A stretch of 64,000 nucleotides of DNA from positions 14,840-78,839 of the forward strand of contig JAEEKI010000023.1 of assembly GCA_016282375.1 (NCBI GenBank), read 5' to 3'. This document shows positions 20,720 to 30,861 of this stretch, one piece after another. The position numbers and the translations under genes were made by a program. The notes under the pieces were generated by a model that saw only the letters and a list, made by a program, of their open reading frames with translations, was not told the origin of the DNA and ran no database searches. The number at the start of each line of letters is the position of its first letter. Positions within the stretch are counted from its first letter, which is position 1. The stretch comes from Bacillales bacterium (GTDB taxonomy: Bacteria; Bacillota_I; Bacilli_A; RF39; UBA660).

Positions 20720-20797
20720 GTGCAACAAATATATTGTAACCTGGTCAGATTCGGAAGAAAGCAGCCACATCAATCCCTATTTGTGTGCACTTTTTTT
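20720..20797 (+). ncRNA. ffs: Small (4.5S-type) signal recognition particle RNA
   Basis: ACCUGGUCAGAUUCGGAAGAAAGCAGCCACAUCAAUCCC matches the conserved SRP RNA domain IV of E. coli 4.5S (ACCAGGUCAGGUCCGGAAGGAAGCAGCCAAGGCAG), including the GGAA tetraloop. The closing helix is gtgcaacaaata / tatttgtgtgcac, followed by a T7 run. In Bacillus the scr gene also neighbours tadA and dnaX. Confidence 0.7.
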
Positions 20798-20808
20798 ATG
20801 GAGATTAT

Positions 20809-21222
20809 ATGAAAGTAATAGAAGTTATGTTGAAAGAAGCCAAAAAAGCTTATGATAATAATGAGGTACCAATTGGATGTGTAATTGTTAAAGATGGGAA
20901 AATTCTTTCAAAGGCACATAACACTAAACAAAGAAGTTACTTATGTACGAATCATGCGGAAATAATTGCTATTCAAAAGGCGGAAGAGAAAACTAAAGAT
21001 TGGCGATTAGATCAATGTGAGATGTATGTAACGCTTGAACCATGTAAGATGTGTAAAGAAGTAATTAAACAATCCAGAATTAAAAGTGTCCATTATTTAT
21101 TGAAGTCTAATTTTGATAACGAGGAGAATAAACATATTAACTATGCTATGATGCACGAAGATGCTGATAAAATGGTGGAATATAAAGAATTATTACAATC
21201 ATATTTTAAAAGTAAAAGATAG
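20809..21222 (+). CDS. tadA: tRNA-specific adenosine deaminase TadA
   Basis: Deaminase zinc motifs HAEIIAI and LEPCKMC. The ATG at 20809 with RBS ggag is preferred; the ORF-track start at 20785 would overlap the SRP RNA. Confidence 0.9.
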   Translation: MKVIEVMLKEAKKAYDNNEVPIGCVIVKDGKILSKAHNTKQRSYLCTNHAEIIAIQKAEEKTKDWRLDQCEMYVTLEPCKMCKEVIKQSRIKSVHYLLKSNFDNEENKHINYAMMHEDADKMVEYKELLQSYFKSKR

Positions 21223-21249
21223 AAGAAAAGCCTTATTATTGGTATAATA

Positions 21250-22932
21250 ATGGTATATGGAGGAAAGATGAACTACAAAGTTTTATACAGAAAATATAGA
21301 CCTGGTGATTTTGATAGTGTGGTGGGACAGAATAATTCAATTATGCTGTTGAAAGATAGTGTAATTAATGAAAAAATTTCTCATGCGTACATTTTTTCGG
21401 GTCCAAGAGGCACAGGAAAAACAAGTACTGCAAAAATCTTTGCAAAAGCAATCAATTGTTTGTGTCCGAAAGATGGAAATCCCTGTGGGGAATGTGATAA
21501 TTGCCGTAATTTTGCATCAAGTAATGATATATATGAAATTGATGCTGCATCTAATAATGGTGTTGATCAAATAAGAGAAATTGTAGAAAATATTAAATTA
21601 ACACCTATAAATTTAAAGTATAAGGTATATATTATAGATGAAGTCCATATGCTTAGTATAAGTGCCTTTAATGCGCTGTTATTAACTCTTGAAGAGCCTC
21701 CAAAGCATGCTGTATTTATTTTAGCTACCACGGATATCGAAGATGTTCCTATAACAGTATTATCGCGTTGTCAAAGGTTAGATTTTAAGAAAATAAAGGC
21801 CCAAGATATTGAAGGTAATATAAAAGATATATGTGCTAAAGAGAAGATAGAGATTGAGGAATCTGCCATAAGTGAAATAGCGAGTTATTCTGATGGTGGT
21901 ATGCGTGATGCGTTAAGTATTTTAGATCAATTATCCAAAACTTCAGAAAAGATTACGCAAGACATGGTATTAAAATCAATTGGCGTTATATCAAATGAAA
22001 AAGTAAAAGAATTAGTTAAATATTATATAGATGAAGACGTTGAAAACATAGTAAAATTTGTTGATCAACTTCGTGAATCATCTGTTGATTTTAAATCTCT
22101 GATTAAAAAAACTATTCGTCAAGTTCGTTTGGAAGCTTTGGAAGTTTTAAGACAAAAAAATGATAATTCTTGTTATGAAAAATATAAAAAATTATGTTTT
22201 GATTTATCAAATTTAGTATATAAGATAAATGTTAACGTTGATGTGTATACTTTATTTGAATTTACGCTTTTGCCCACTGTGGAAAAATACATAAATATTG
22301 CAGAAGATACGCCAAAAAATCATGCAAAATTGGAAAAAATAAAACAGGAAAAATCCGAACTAAAAACAGTTGCTAAAGAGAAAGAAATATCTAAAATTTT
22401 GACACCCCCGGAGGATAAATTGATGCAAAAATCCACACCATCTGTTGAAGATAATAGTCAAAATATTGTACCCGTTAATGATGATCAAAACAAATTAAAA
22501 AATATCAAATTAATTGATATAAGAATTAATAATTGTTTTGCCAGTGCTAGTAAGATTTATTTGAATAACTTTAAAAAGCAATGGGATATTTTTATGAATA
22601 CATTATCTAATAAAAAAATTAAAGGATTATTATTGGATGTTGAAATAGTATTAGCTTCTGATAAAATTGCGGTCCTAAATTCAAAATTTAGTGACATTGT
22701 TAACAAAATTAACACCGATTTAGAAAAAATAGAGGACATTTTTCAAAAAAACACATCATTTTTTTATAAATTCATAGCAATTGATAATGAGTACTGGAAT
22801 ACAAAAATGGATGAATACAAAAAAAATATCAAAAACGGGAAAAAATATACTATAATAAAAGAACCAGATAATATATTAGATGATGGTGTTGTTGATGATG
22901 TTTTTACATCAAGTAAAATTGAAGTTCAATAA
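21250..22932 (+). CDS. dnaX: DNA polymerase III subunits tau/gamma
   Basis: AAA+ GPRGTGKTSTAKIFAKAINC with a zinc module (CGECDNC). 560 aa. Confidence 0.93.
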   Translation: MVYGGKMNYKVLYRKYRPGDFDSVVGQNNSIMLLKDSVINEKISHAYIFSGPRGTGKTSTAKIFAKAINCLCPKDGNPCGECDNCRNFASSNDIYEIDAASNNGVDQIREIVENIKLTPINLKYKVYIIDEVHMLSISAFNALLLTLEEPPKHAVFILATTDIEDVPITVLSRCQRLDFKKIKAQDIEGNIKDICAKEKIEIEESAISEIASYSDGGMRDALSILDQLSKTSEKITQDMVLKSIGVISNEKVKELVKYYIDEDVENIVKFVDQLRESSVDFKSLIKKTIRQVRLEALEVLRQKNDNSCYEKYKKLCFDLSNLVYKINVNVDVYTLFEFTLLPTVEKYINIAEDTPKNHAKLEKIKQEKSELKTVAKEKEISKILTPPEDKLMQKSTPSVEDNSQNIVPVNDDQNKLKNIKLIDIRINNCFASASKIYLNNFKKQWDIFMNTLSNKKIKGLLLDVEIVLASDKIAVLNSKFSDIVNKINTDLEKIEDIFQKNTSFFYKFIAIDNEYWNTKMDEYKKNIKNGKKYTIIKEPDNILDDGVVDDVFTSSKIEVQ

Positions 22933-22938
22933 GGAGGA

Positions 22939-23241
22939 ATGAATATGAACATGCAACAAATAATGGCGCAAGCTCAAAGAATGCAAAAGGATATCATGGC
23001 AAAGAAAGACCAAATTGATAAAATGTCTTTTGAAGGAAAGTCTGATTGGGTAGTAATTAATTTTAAAGGTAACAGATCAGTTGATTCTGTGGAAATTGTT
23101 AATGATGCTGCTTTTGATAAAGAAAACAAGGATATACTAAGTGATATGATTATGTTAGCTATTAAAGATGGTCTTGCTAAGATTGATAAAGAAACGGAAG
23201 ATAAATTAGGTTCTTACGGCAATATGGGCGGGTTGTTATAA
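22939..23241 (+). CDS. ybaB: Nucleoid-associated protein YbaB/EbfC
   Basis: 100 aa. MQQIMAQAQRMQKDI N-terminus. Conserved dnaX-ybaB-recR order. Confidence 0.9.
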   Translation: MNMNMQQIMAQAQRMQKDIMAKKDQIDKMSFEGKSDWVVINFKGNRSVDSVEIVNDAAFDKENKDILSDMIMLAIKDGLAKIDKETEDKLGSYGNMGGLL

Positions 23242-23243
23242 GT

Positions 23244-23843
23244 ATGGTTTATCCAGAAACCCTTGAAAAAATAATTAGATTTTATAAGAAATTACCAAGT
23301 ATTGGTGAAAAAAGTGCTGAAAGGTTAGCTTTAGCGACTTTAAATATCGATGATGATATCATTAGTGATTTTGCTGATAGTTTAGTTAATGCTAAAGAAC
23401 TTTTACAGCCGTGTAAGGTATGTCATAATCTTACTGATAAAGAAGTGTGTGATATTTGTTCTGATGAAAATCGTAACCAAAATTTAATTTGTGTAATCGA
23501 AGATTATAAAAGTGCATTTTCATTTGAAAAAGCTGGGCGTTTTAATGGTGTTTATCATGTACTTAATGGTTTAATATCACCAATAAATAATATAGGTCCA
23601 GAAGATATTAATATTTCTTCCTTAGTAAAGAGAGTCGATAGTTTAGATAATCCAGAACTAATTTTAGCATTGAAGTCTTCGATTGAAGGAGAAACAACCA
23701 CTTTATATATTAAAAAAATATTTGAAAAGAAACAGGTTACAATTTCTCGTTTGTCTTATGGAATACCTATGGGTGCAGAAATTGACTATCTAGATATTAT
23801 GACTTTGGATAAGGCTCTTGAGGATCGGAAGAAGATATCATAA
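23244..23843 (+). CDS. recR: Recombination protein RecR
   Basis: HhH N-terminus. C4 zinc finger CKVCHNLTDKEVCDIC. Toprim domain. Confidence 0.95.
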   Translation: MVYPETLEKIIRFYKKLPSIGEKSAERLALATLNIDDDIISDFADSLVNAKELLQPCKVCHNLTDKEVCDICSDENRNQNLICVIEDYKSAFSFEKAGRFNGVYHVLNGLISPINNIGPEDINISSLVKRVDSLDNPELILALKSSIEGETTTLYIKKIFEKKQVTISRLSYGIPMGAEIDYLDIMTLDKALEDRKKIS

Positions 23844-23867
23844 AAAATAAATCTTGGCATATTATTT

Positions 23868-24068
23868 GTGCGAAAGGATAATATGCTAAGACTGATATTT
23901 AAAGTTGTAAAAAGAGTGATAATAGCCTTTTTTTTACTTTATGGTATTAACTTAATGTTAAATACTTTGCATATCATAATACCAATCAATGTGGTAACGG
24001 TTGTTTTTACTAGTATATTTACTTTACCAGGTCTATTGTCATTAATTGTTTTATATTTTGTGTTATAA
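23868..24068 (+). CDS. bofA: BofA-like small membrane protein (pro-sigma-K processing inhibitor family)
   Basis: INLMLNTLHIIIPINVVTVVFTSIFTLPGLLSLIV aligns with B. subtilis BofA VNMFGGSLGIHVPINLVTTAISGILGIPGIAALVV. Same position after recR as in Bacillus. Confidence 0.55.
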   Translation: MRKDNMLRLIFKVVKRVIIAFFLLYGINLMLNTLHIIIPINVVTVVFTSIFTLPGLLSLIVLYFVL

Positions 24069-24079
24069 GGAGTTTATTT

Positions 24080-24894
24080 TGACAGCGGAAGAAGTTTTAA
24101 ATAGTCTTTTAAATATATATCATGAGCAAAGGTTAGCTCATGCTTATTTATTTGAGACAAACAATTTAGAACGGGCTCTTGTTGATTTAAAAAGGTTTAT
24201 TAAAAGAATGGCTTGTTCTAAAGAATATCAAGACAATTGTTCAGTTTGCAATTTATGTAATTTAATTGACAATAATAGTTTACCAAGTTTACTAATCATT
24301 CAAGCTGATGGTAATAGCATAAAAAAAGATCAAATTGAATTAATTCGTAGTTCATTTGCCACGAAGCCGGTATATACATCAGCAAATGTTTATGTCGTTG
24401 TCGAGCCAGAATTAATGAATGATACAGCCTATAATAGAATGTTAAAATTTATCGAGGAACCAGAAAGTGATATTATTGGCTTTTTCTTAACTAAGAATAA
24501 AGATAAAATTCCGCCAACAATTATCAGCAGATTAGAAATATTAAAATTACATTATATTGGTGCCTATACTGATGATATAGTTAGTGAAAATAATGATAAA
24601 ATTGAGGAAATATTAAAAGATTACATAGCAAAAATAAATCACAATATTGATGAAATATTATGTTATAATAATAGTGTAATTTTAAAAGAGTTACCTGATA
24701 AATCAGATATAATTATCTTATTTAAGAAATTGCTAAATTATTTTCAACAAAAGTATCGTGAGTCTTATGATTTTCAAACAAATCAAGTATGTAGACTGAT
24801 TATTGATTATTTAGAGAAACTCAATTATAATGTTAATATTTCTCTTTTGTTGGACAGTTTTGCAATTGAAATGGAGCAGTTATATGAAAAATAA
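24080..24894 (+). CDS. holB: DNA polymerase III delta-prime subunit (HolB)
   Basis: AAA+-like without a Walker A lysine (AHAYLF). Zinc module CSVCNLC. TIISRLEIL sensor motif. A TTG start at 24080 after RBS aaggag is likely. Confidence 0.8.
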
Positions 24895-25678
24895 AATATA
24901 TCAAGTCATTTTTAAGAATAGTTGTAAGCCTTATTCGTTTAAGTCTGATTTGGAATTAGACGTAAATACTGAAGTTATTGTGGAAACAGAGAAAGGTGAA
25001 CAATACGGAAAAGTAGTAGGAGAACAAACTAATCGTAGTGATAAAGATAATTATCAAAAGGTTATTAGAATAGCCACTCCTGAAGATACAGAAGTCTACT
25101 ATAAAAACTTAAAAGATGCTGACTCAGCATTGAAAAAATGTAAGGATTTAGTTAAGGACTTTGGTCTTGATATGTATATTATTAATGCTCAATTTAGTTT
25201 TGACCGTTCACAGTTATTAATTAATTTTACCGCTGATGATCGCATTGATTTTCGTGAATTAGCTCGAAAATTAGCCTCCGTTTATCGAACAAGAATTGAA
25301 CTACGTCAAATTGGTGCGCGCGACAAGGCTAAACAAATTGGGGGAATAGGTGTATGTGGTCAAAAACTTTGTTGTGCTAATTTCTTAAATCAAATTGACT
25401 CTATTTCGATGAATAAAGCAAAAAATCAAAATTTGGCATTAAATCCATCTAAAATCAACGGTGCATGTGGCAGACTATTATGCTGTCTTTGCTATGAAGA
25501 TGATGAATATACTCGTTGTTCAGCAGGATTGTTGCCTATTGGTACGAAGATTAATTATCAAGGTGAAGAAGCGCAAATCATTGGCGTAGACATCTTAACT
25601 AGAACTTATAAGGTTATAATTAACGATGAAAAAGTTAGTATTAAACATGAGGATATCAAGAATGATCGTAAAAAATGA
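24881..25678 (+). CDS. ricT: PSP1-domain protein YaaT/RicT (stage 0 sporulation / RNase Y regulatory complex)
   Basis: PSP1 C-terminal domain with a Cys cluster (GVCGQKLCCANF...GACGRLLCCLCYE). Follows holB as in B. subtilis. Confidence 0.8.
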   Translation, partial: YMKNKIYQVIFKNSCKPYSFKSDLELDVNTEVIVETEKGEQYGKVVGEQTNRSDKDNYQKVIRIATPEDTEVYYKNLKDADSALKKCKDLVKDFGLDMYIINAQFSFDRSQLLINFTADDRIDFRELARKLASVYRTRIELRQIGARDKAKQIGGIGVCGQKLCCANFLNQIDSISMNKAKNQNLALNPSKINGACGRLLCCLCYEDDEYTRCSAGLLPIGTKINYQGEEAQIIGVDILTRTYKVIINDEKVSIKHEDIKNDRKK

Positions 25679-26369
25679 TTTATTTGATTATGAAAGCCGT
25701 TACATTTATCAAGATAACGAGCTATTTAAGTTTTCTTTAGATTCAATCTTACTTGCGGAATATGCAAGTATTTTTTTAAGTAATAATATGCAAGTATTGG
25801 ATTTATGTACTGGTAATATGGCAGTACCTTTAATTATGTCCAAGTATTCTTCAGCCCATGTGACTGGCTTTGAGATTCAAAAAAAAGTTTATGAATTGGG
25901 ATGTAAATCTATTTTGGAAAATCAACTTAGTAATCAGTTAACGATTATTAATGATGATGTTAAAAATATTAAACAACACTTTGCTAGCGAGTATTTTGAT
26001 GTTATGGTATGTAATCCTCCTTTTTTTAAAGAAGGAAGCTCCATTAAAAATGTAAACACAGGATTATCAATGGCAAGGCATGAAATATCGATTAATCTTG
26101 AGGATATCTTTCAAATTGCCAGGTCATTTTTAAAGAATAATGGTTCGTTAGTGATTGTTCATCGGGTTAATCGTCTTGATGAGATTATAAATCTAGGTTT
26201 TAAATATAAAATACATATTAAAAATATTCAGTTGATATCTACTAAAGAAGACAAAAAACCCAGTATTGTTTTAGTAAGGGCTGTCAAAAATAGTAAAAGT
26301 GGAGTTATAATAAATAAAGAAAAGTGCATTGAAAATGTTAAATCTTATCAAAATATGTTTAAGGAGTAA
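25662..26369 (+). CDS. N6-adenine-specific methyltransferase, YabB/TrmN6-like
   Basis: SAM-binding LDLCTGNMAVP and catalytic NPPF (CNPPFFKEGS). Confidence 0.75.
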   Translation: MIVKNDLFDYESRYIYQDNELFKFSLDSILLAEYASIFLSNNMQVLDLCTGNMAVPLIMSKYSSAHVTGFEIQKKVYELGCKSILENQLSNQLTIINDDVKNIKQHFASEYFDVMVCNPPFFKEGSSIKNVNTGLSMARHEISINLEDIFQIARSFLKNNGSLVIVHRVNRLDEIINLGFKYKIHIKNIQLISTKEDKKPSIVLVRAVKNSKSGVIINKEKCIENVKSYQNMFKE

Positions 26370-26371
26370 AT

Positions 26372-26920
26372 ATGAAATTAATTGTAGGTTTAGGTAATCC
26401 GGGTGTTAAATATAAAAACACACGACATAATATTGGTTTTATTATTTTAGATAATTATGTTCAAGATAATAAATGGATTCAAGATAAAGATGCACTTATT
26501 GTCACTACTTTAATTGATGGCAATAAGGTATTATTTGTTAAGCCACAAACATATATGAACTTATCGGGTAGATGTGTGGCAAGATTAGTTAAATATTATA
26601 AAATATTGCCTGAAGATATTTTAGTTATTCATGATGATTTAGATTTACCAAAGTTAAAATATCGAGTAAAATATAATTCATCTTCTGGAGGCCATAATGG
26701 TATTAATGATATTATTAATGCTTTAGGTACAAAGGCTTTTACACGTTTAAAAATTGGTATTGGTCATGAACCTTATGAAGATATAAAAGATTATGTGCTT
26801 GGCAAATTAAGTAAAGACGAATTAACACTTTTAAAAAATGATATATTTAATAGTCTTATCACTGATTTTATTAATAAAGATAGTAATTATATAATGAATA
26901 AATATAATCAAAAAGGATAG
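26372..26920 (+). CDS. pth: Peptidyl-tRNA hydrolase
   Basis: MKLIVGLGNPGVKYKNTRHNIGF. Confidence 0.95.
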   Translation: MKLIVGLGNPGVKYKNTRHNIGFIILDNYVQDNKWIQDKDALIVTTLIDGNKVLFVKPQTYMNLSGRCVARLVKYYKILPEDILVIHDDLDLPKLKYRVKYNSSSGGHNGINDIINALGTKAFTRLKIGIGHEPYEDIKDYVLGKLSKDELTLLKNDIFNSLITDFINKDSNYIMNKYNQKG

Positions 26921-26922
26921 TT

Positions 26923-29900
26923 ATGGATTTTCTCAACGATATTTTTGATACAAAAAATGGTAGTGTTATCTGCGGTTTAACTGATGAGTTAAACGTTTTT
27001 TGTGTTCTAAATATGTTTCGAAAATCACAAAGAGATATTGTAGTTTTAACATCATCGCTATATGAAGCAAATAACTATTATAATTTATTTCAAACATATA
27101 CCAATGATGTTTTGCTTTTTTTAATGGATGATTTTATTTCTTCGATGGTTAAAACATCTTCGCCAGAGTTAAAATTAACACGTTTAAATACTTTGGACTT
27201 AATTCCTTCGAAAAGACACATTATTATTACTAATCTGATGGGATTTTTAAAATTTTTACCTAATGTTCAAAAACGTGAAAGTCGTATTTTAACTTTAAAA
27301 GATCACTTGTGTATTAAACGTGATGCATTAGTGGAAAAACTTATTGATTATGGTTATCGAAGAGAGTCGGTTACAACTTCGACGGGTGAATTTTCAGTTC
27401 GAGGAATGATAGTCGATGTGTTTCTAATTAATGAAAAGCATCCTATTAGAATTGAATTTGATGGTGATGAGATAGATAACATACGTTACTATGATGAGGA
27501 TACCCAAAGGACAATTAACAAGATTGATGAGATTATTTTAAAACCTATCGGTGAAATGGACCAAATTGACATGCCTTCATCTTTAATTGACTATCTAAAA
27601 GATCCATTAGTTGTCAAGATTGATGTTAATCAGATTAACGCTTCATATTACAAACTTCAAGAAGATATTTTAGAATATACTTCCAAAAATGATATAACTG
27701 ATAAGTTAATGTTTGAGTTTGATGATATTAAAACAGCAGATGTTATTGAATTAAATAAGTTTGCTAATGGTAAAAATGATATTGTTGTTAATTGCTCTTC
27801 GATTGAAAACTTTGATCAAGATTATGAACTATTATCACGTAATGTAACTAAATGGTTGGAAGAAAAGAAGAAAGTAATTTTTTGTTTGTCAAGTAAGAAT
27901 GAGATTAAAAGAATTAAAGAATTATTTCCTAATGTTCAAGTCTTAAATTTAAAGATTAATCATGGTTTTATGATTAGTAATTATGTTGTTATTTCTGAAT
28001 TTGATATTGAAAAAACGAAACATAATTATAAATATCAAAATAACTTTTATGGTGGAAAAAAGGTTACTAGTTATAATGATTTAAAAATTGGTGATTATAT
28101 TGTTCATATTGCTCATGGTATTGGTATATATAACGGTATTGCCACTTTAACCAAAGATGGGGTAAAAAAAGATTATATTCAACTTTTATATTTAAATAAT
28201 GATAAAATCTATATTCCAGTTGAGAAAATAAGTAATATTTATAAATATTCAGATAAAGATGGTTCTACACCACATTTAAATCGCTTGAATTCTTCGAGTT
28301 GGTTGAAAACAAGGGAGTATGTTCAAAAGAAAGTTCAAGATATTTCACGGGAACTAATCGAATTATACAAAAAAAGGGTAGCTATCAAGTCAGAAATCTA
28401 TAAATCTTATCCTGAGGAAGATGTCTTTAATAGTGAATTTAGTTATGATTTAACCGCCGATCAACAAAGATCCATAAACGATATTTTTGCTGATTTAAAA
28501 AGTGGTTATCCGATGGACCGTTTATTATGCGGTGATGTTGGTTTTGGTAAGACTGAAGTAGCTTTAAGAGCGATGTTTAAAGCTGTTTTAAATAACCATC
28601 AAGTAATGTATTTATGTCCAACGACAATTCTTTCTAAGCAACAATACCTAGTAGCTAAAGATCGTTTTCAAAATTGGCCAATTGAGATTGCTTTATTAAA
28701 TCGATTTACGACCCCTAAAGAAGTAACCCGAATTATCGAAGGTCTAAAAACCGGTAGAATCGATATTGTTTTTGGTACTCATAAGTTGTTAAATGATAAA
28801 GTCAAATTTAAGGACTTAGGTTTAATGGTTGTCGATGAAGAACAAAGATTTGGGGTTAAACATAAAGAAATAATCAAAGAAATGAAAGCAGACATTAATG
28901 TTTTAACTTTATCGGCTACGCCTATTCCTCGTACTTTGAAAATGGCTCTTTCTGGTTTAAGGGATTTATCCATTATTGATACAGCACCTCTTAATAGGTA
29001 TCCTGTTCAAACATATGTTATTAGCGAAGATGACTTAATTATCAAGGATGCTATATACAAGGAATTAGCACGTGATGGACAAGTATTCATTTTGTTTAAT
29101 AATGTTGAAAATATGGAAGCTAGAGTAACACATTTGAGAAATTTAATTCCGAATGAAACAATCCGTTTTGCTCATGGGCAAATGGATAAAGAAGAGTTAG
29201 ATACCATCATGGAAGACTTTGTAGATCATAAGTTTAACATTATTGTTTGCACGACGATTATCGAAAATGGTATTGATATTCCGAATGCTAATACTTTAAT
29301 TATTTATGATGCTGATCGATTAGGTTTATCACAACTTTATCAATTACGTGGCCGTGTTGGTCGTAGTGATAAAATTGCTTATGCTTATTTAATGTATAAC
29401 AAGATGAAAATGCTTAATGATGATGCTATCAAAAGATTACAAGCTATCAAAGAATTTACGGAATTAGGTAGTGGTTATAAGATTGCCATGCGTGATTTAT
29501 CCATTCGTGGTTCTGGGGATATTTTTGGCGCTAATCAAGCTGGTTTTGTGGATACAGTGGGAGTTTCTTTATATATGAAACTCATCGAAGATGAAATGCG
29601 TCGTCAGAAAGGTGAAATAGTCGAAGAAGAGGATGACAAAGATCAAACATTATTAAGTGTCGAGACGCATATTGATGATAGTTATATTTCTGATGAAGAC
29701 ATTAAGATAGAAATCCATCAAATGATTAATCAAATTGATTCTTATGATAAACTAATAGATGTTAAAACCACTCTAGAAGACCGTTTTGGTAAGATAACCC
29801 CGGTTTTAGAAAATTATATGTATGAAGAATGGTTTGAAAAGATAGCTAATAAATTACATATTACGAAAGTTAAACAGACAGATCGTTTTATTGAAATAGA

Positions 29901-30078
29901 ATTACCTTTAGAACTATCTAAGAGCATCAAAGGAGATAAGTTATTATACGAATCATATAGTATATCAAAAAACTTTTCGTTATCTTATAAACATAACTGC
30001 ATTATTATAACTTTGTATTATAAGAATTTACCTGATCACTTTATTAAGTATATTGTTAAATTATTAAATACATTTTAG
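26923..30078 (+). CDS. mfd: Transcription-repair coupling factor Mfd
   Basis: Superfamily 2 helicase motifs GDVGFGKTEVALRA and DEEQRFGV. TRG motif region. 1051 aa, with an N-terminal region somewhat shorter than E. coli Mfd. Confidence 0.93.
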   Translation: MDFLNDIFDTKNGSVICGLTDELNVFCVLNMFRKSQRDIVVLTSSLYEANNYYNLFQTYTNDVLLFLMDDFISSMVKTSSPELKLTRLNTLDLIPSKRHIIITNLMGFLKFLPNVQKRESRILTLKDHLCIKRDALVEKLIDYGYRRESVTTSTGEFSVRGMIVDVFLINEKHPIRIEFDGDEIDNIRYYDEDTQRTINKIDEIILKPIGEMDQIDMPSSLIDYLKDPLVVKIDVNQINASYYKLQEDILEYTSKNDITDKLMFEFDDIKTADVIELNKFANGKNDIVVNCSSIENFDQDYELLSRNVTKWLEEKKKVIFCLSSKNEIKRIKELFPNVQVLNLKINHGFMISNYVVISEFDIEKTKHNYKYQNNFYGGKKVTSYNDLKIGDYIVHIAHGIGIYNGIATLTKDGVKKDYIQLLYLNNDKIYIPVEKISNIYKYSDKDGSTPHLNRLNSSSWLKTREYVQKKVQDISRELIELYKKRVAIKSEIYKSYPEEDVFNSEFSYDLTADQQRSINDIFADLKSGYPMDRLLCGDVGFGKTEVALRAMFKAVLNNHQVMYLCPTTILSKQQYLVAKDRFQNWPIEIALLNRFTTPKEVTRIIEGLKTGRIDIVFGTHKLLNDKVKFKDLGLMVVDEEQRFGVKHKEIIKEMKADINVLTLSATPIPRTLKMALSGLRDLSIIDTAPLNRYPVQTYVISEDDLIIKDAIYKELARDGQVFILFNNVENMEARVTHLRNLIPNETIRFAHGQMDKEELDTIMEDFVDHKFNIIVCTTIIENGIDIPNANTLIIYDADRLGLSQLYQLRGRVGRSDKIAYAYLMYNKMKMLNDDAIKRLQAIKEFTELGSGYKIAMRDLSIRGSGDIFGANQAGFVDTVGVSLYMKLIEDEMRRQKGEIVEEEDDKDQTLLSVETHIDDSYISDEDIKIEIHQMINQIDSYDKLIDVKTTLEDRFGKITPVLENYMYEEWFEKIANKLHITKVKQTDRFIEIELPLELSKSIKGDKLLYESYSISKNFSLSYKHNCIIITLYYKNLPDHFIKYIVKLLNTF

Positions 30079-30125
30079 TATATAAAATAATTCTTAAAAC
30101 ACACTATAAATAGGAGTGTGTTTTT

Positions 30126-30626
30126 TTGAAGAATACAGGTATTGTTCGCAGGATAGATGAATTAGGAAGAATTGTTATTCCTAAAGAAATAAGAGATATT
30201 TTAAATATTACTAATGGTGATGAATTAGAGATATATGTCGAAAATGATAATATTATCTTACATAAATATTCGCAGTTGGGAAAAGAGAAAGATAAAAATG
30301 ATAAACTTTTTGCATCGCTTAGTTTTCTTACGGAGGGATTACTCCTTTTAGGGGATAAAGATAAAATAGTTAGTAATGGTCCTTACGAAAATCAAACTTT
30401 TTCGGATGAAATAAGAGAATTAATAATGGAAAGAAAGCCATATCGAAGTCTTAATCTAGAACAATATATAATAGGTGAAAATAATCTTCAGGGTTATTTC
30501 TATTTTTATCCTATCTTGCATAATAGTGTTATCAAAGGTGTTATTATCTTAGTTAAATCGACTCCTATCAAAAAAGAAGATGAAATATTTGTTAGAGTTC
30601 TAAAAAATATAATTGATAATTTCTAA
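30126..30626 (+). CDS. spoVT: Stage V sporulation protein T (AbrB-type N-domain plus GAF-like C-domain)
   Basis: MKNTGIVRRIDELGRIVIPKEIRDILNITNGDELEIY swapped-hairpin AbrB domain. Located downstream of mfd as in Bacillus. TTG start. Confidence 0.85.
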   Translation: MKNTGIVRRIDELGRIVIPKEIRDILNITNGDELEIYVENDNIILHKYSQLGKEKDKNDKLFASLSFLTEGLLLLGDKDKIVSNGPYENQTFSDEIRELIMERKPYRSLNLEQYIIGENNLQGYFYFYPILHNSVIKGVIILVKSTPIKKEDEIFVRVLKNIIDNF

Positions 30627-30679
30627 GACCTATGTTAATATGTAGTTGCAAATGCATTGATTAGGAAGATTGTATTAAT

Positions 30680-30843
30680 TATTTTTTAGAGAGTACTATA
30701 ATGGTGGAATTAGTATAAATGGTTAATATTTTGTGGGCCTATGAGCAAGCGTGGGGTAGTTTCCTTATCAACAAAGTAGCATGTTAGACATGAATTAAGG
30801 TGGTACCGCGGGAATTCCCGTCCTTTAGTTCATGTCTTTTTTC
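30680..30843 (+). promoter_or_regulatory. T-box riboswitch leader (Met specifier) controlling metG
   Basis: AGAGAG Stem I start. Candidate AUG specifier in ctataATGgtgg. Conserved T-box sequence aattaaggtggtaccgcgg (30793-30811). Terminator agacatgaa...ttcatgtct followed by TTTTTTC (30786-30843). Confidence 0.8.
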
Positions 30844-30861
30844 TTTTAAGGAGGAATTATT

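Noticed and set aside
20664-20855. 63-aa ORF and the 5' extension of the tadA ORF (20785) overlapping the SRP RNA region
   Set aside because: The sequence matches conserved SRP RNA domain IV and has its own promoter and terminator. The real tadA start is the ATG at 20809 with an RBS.
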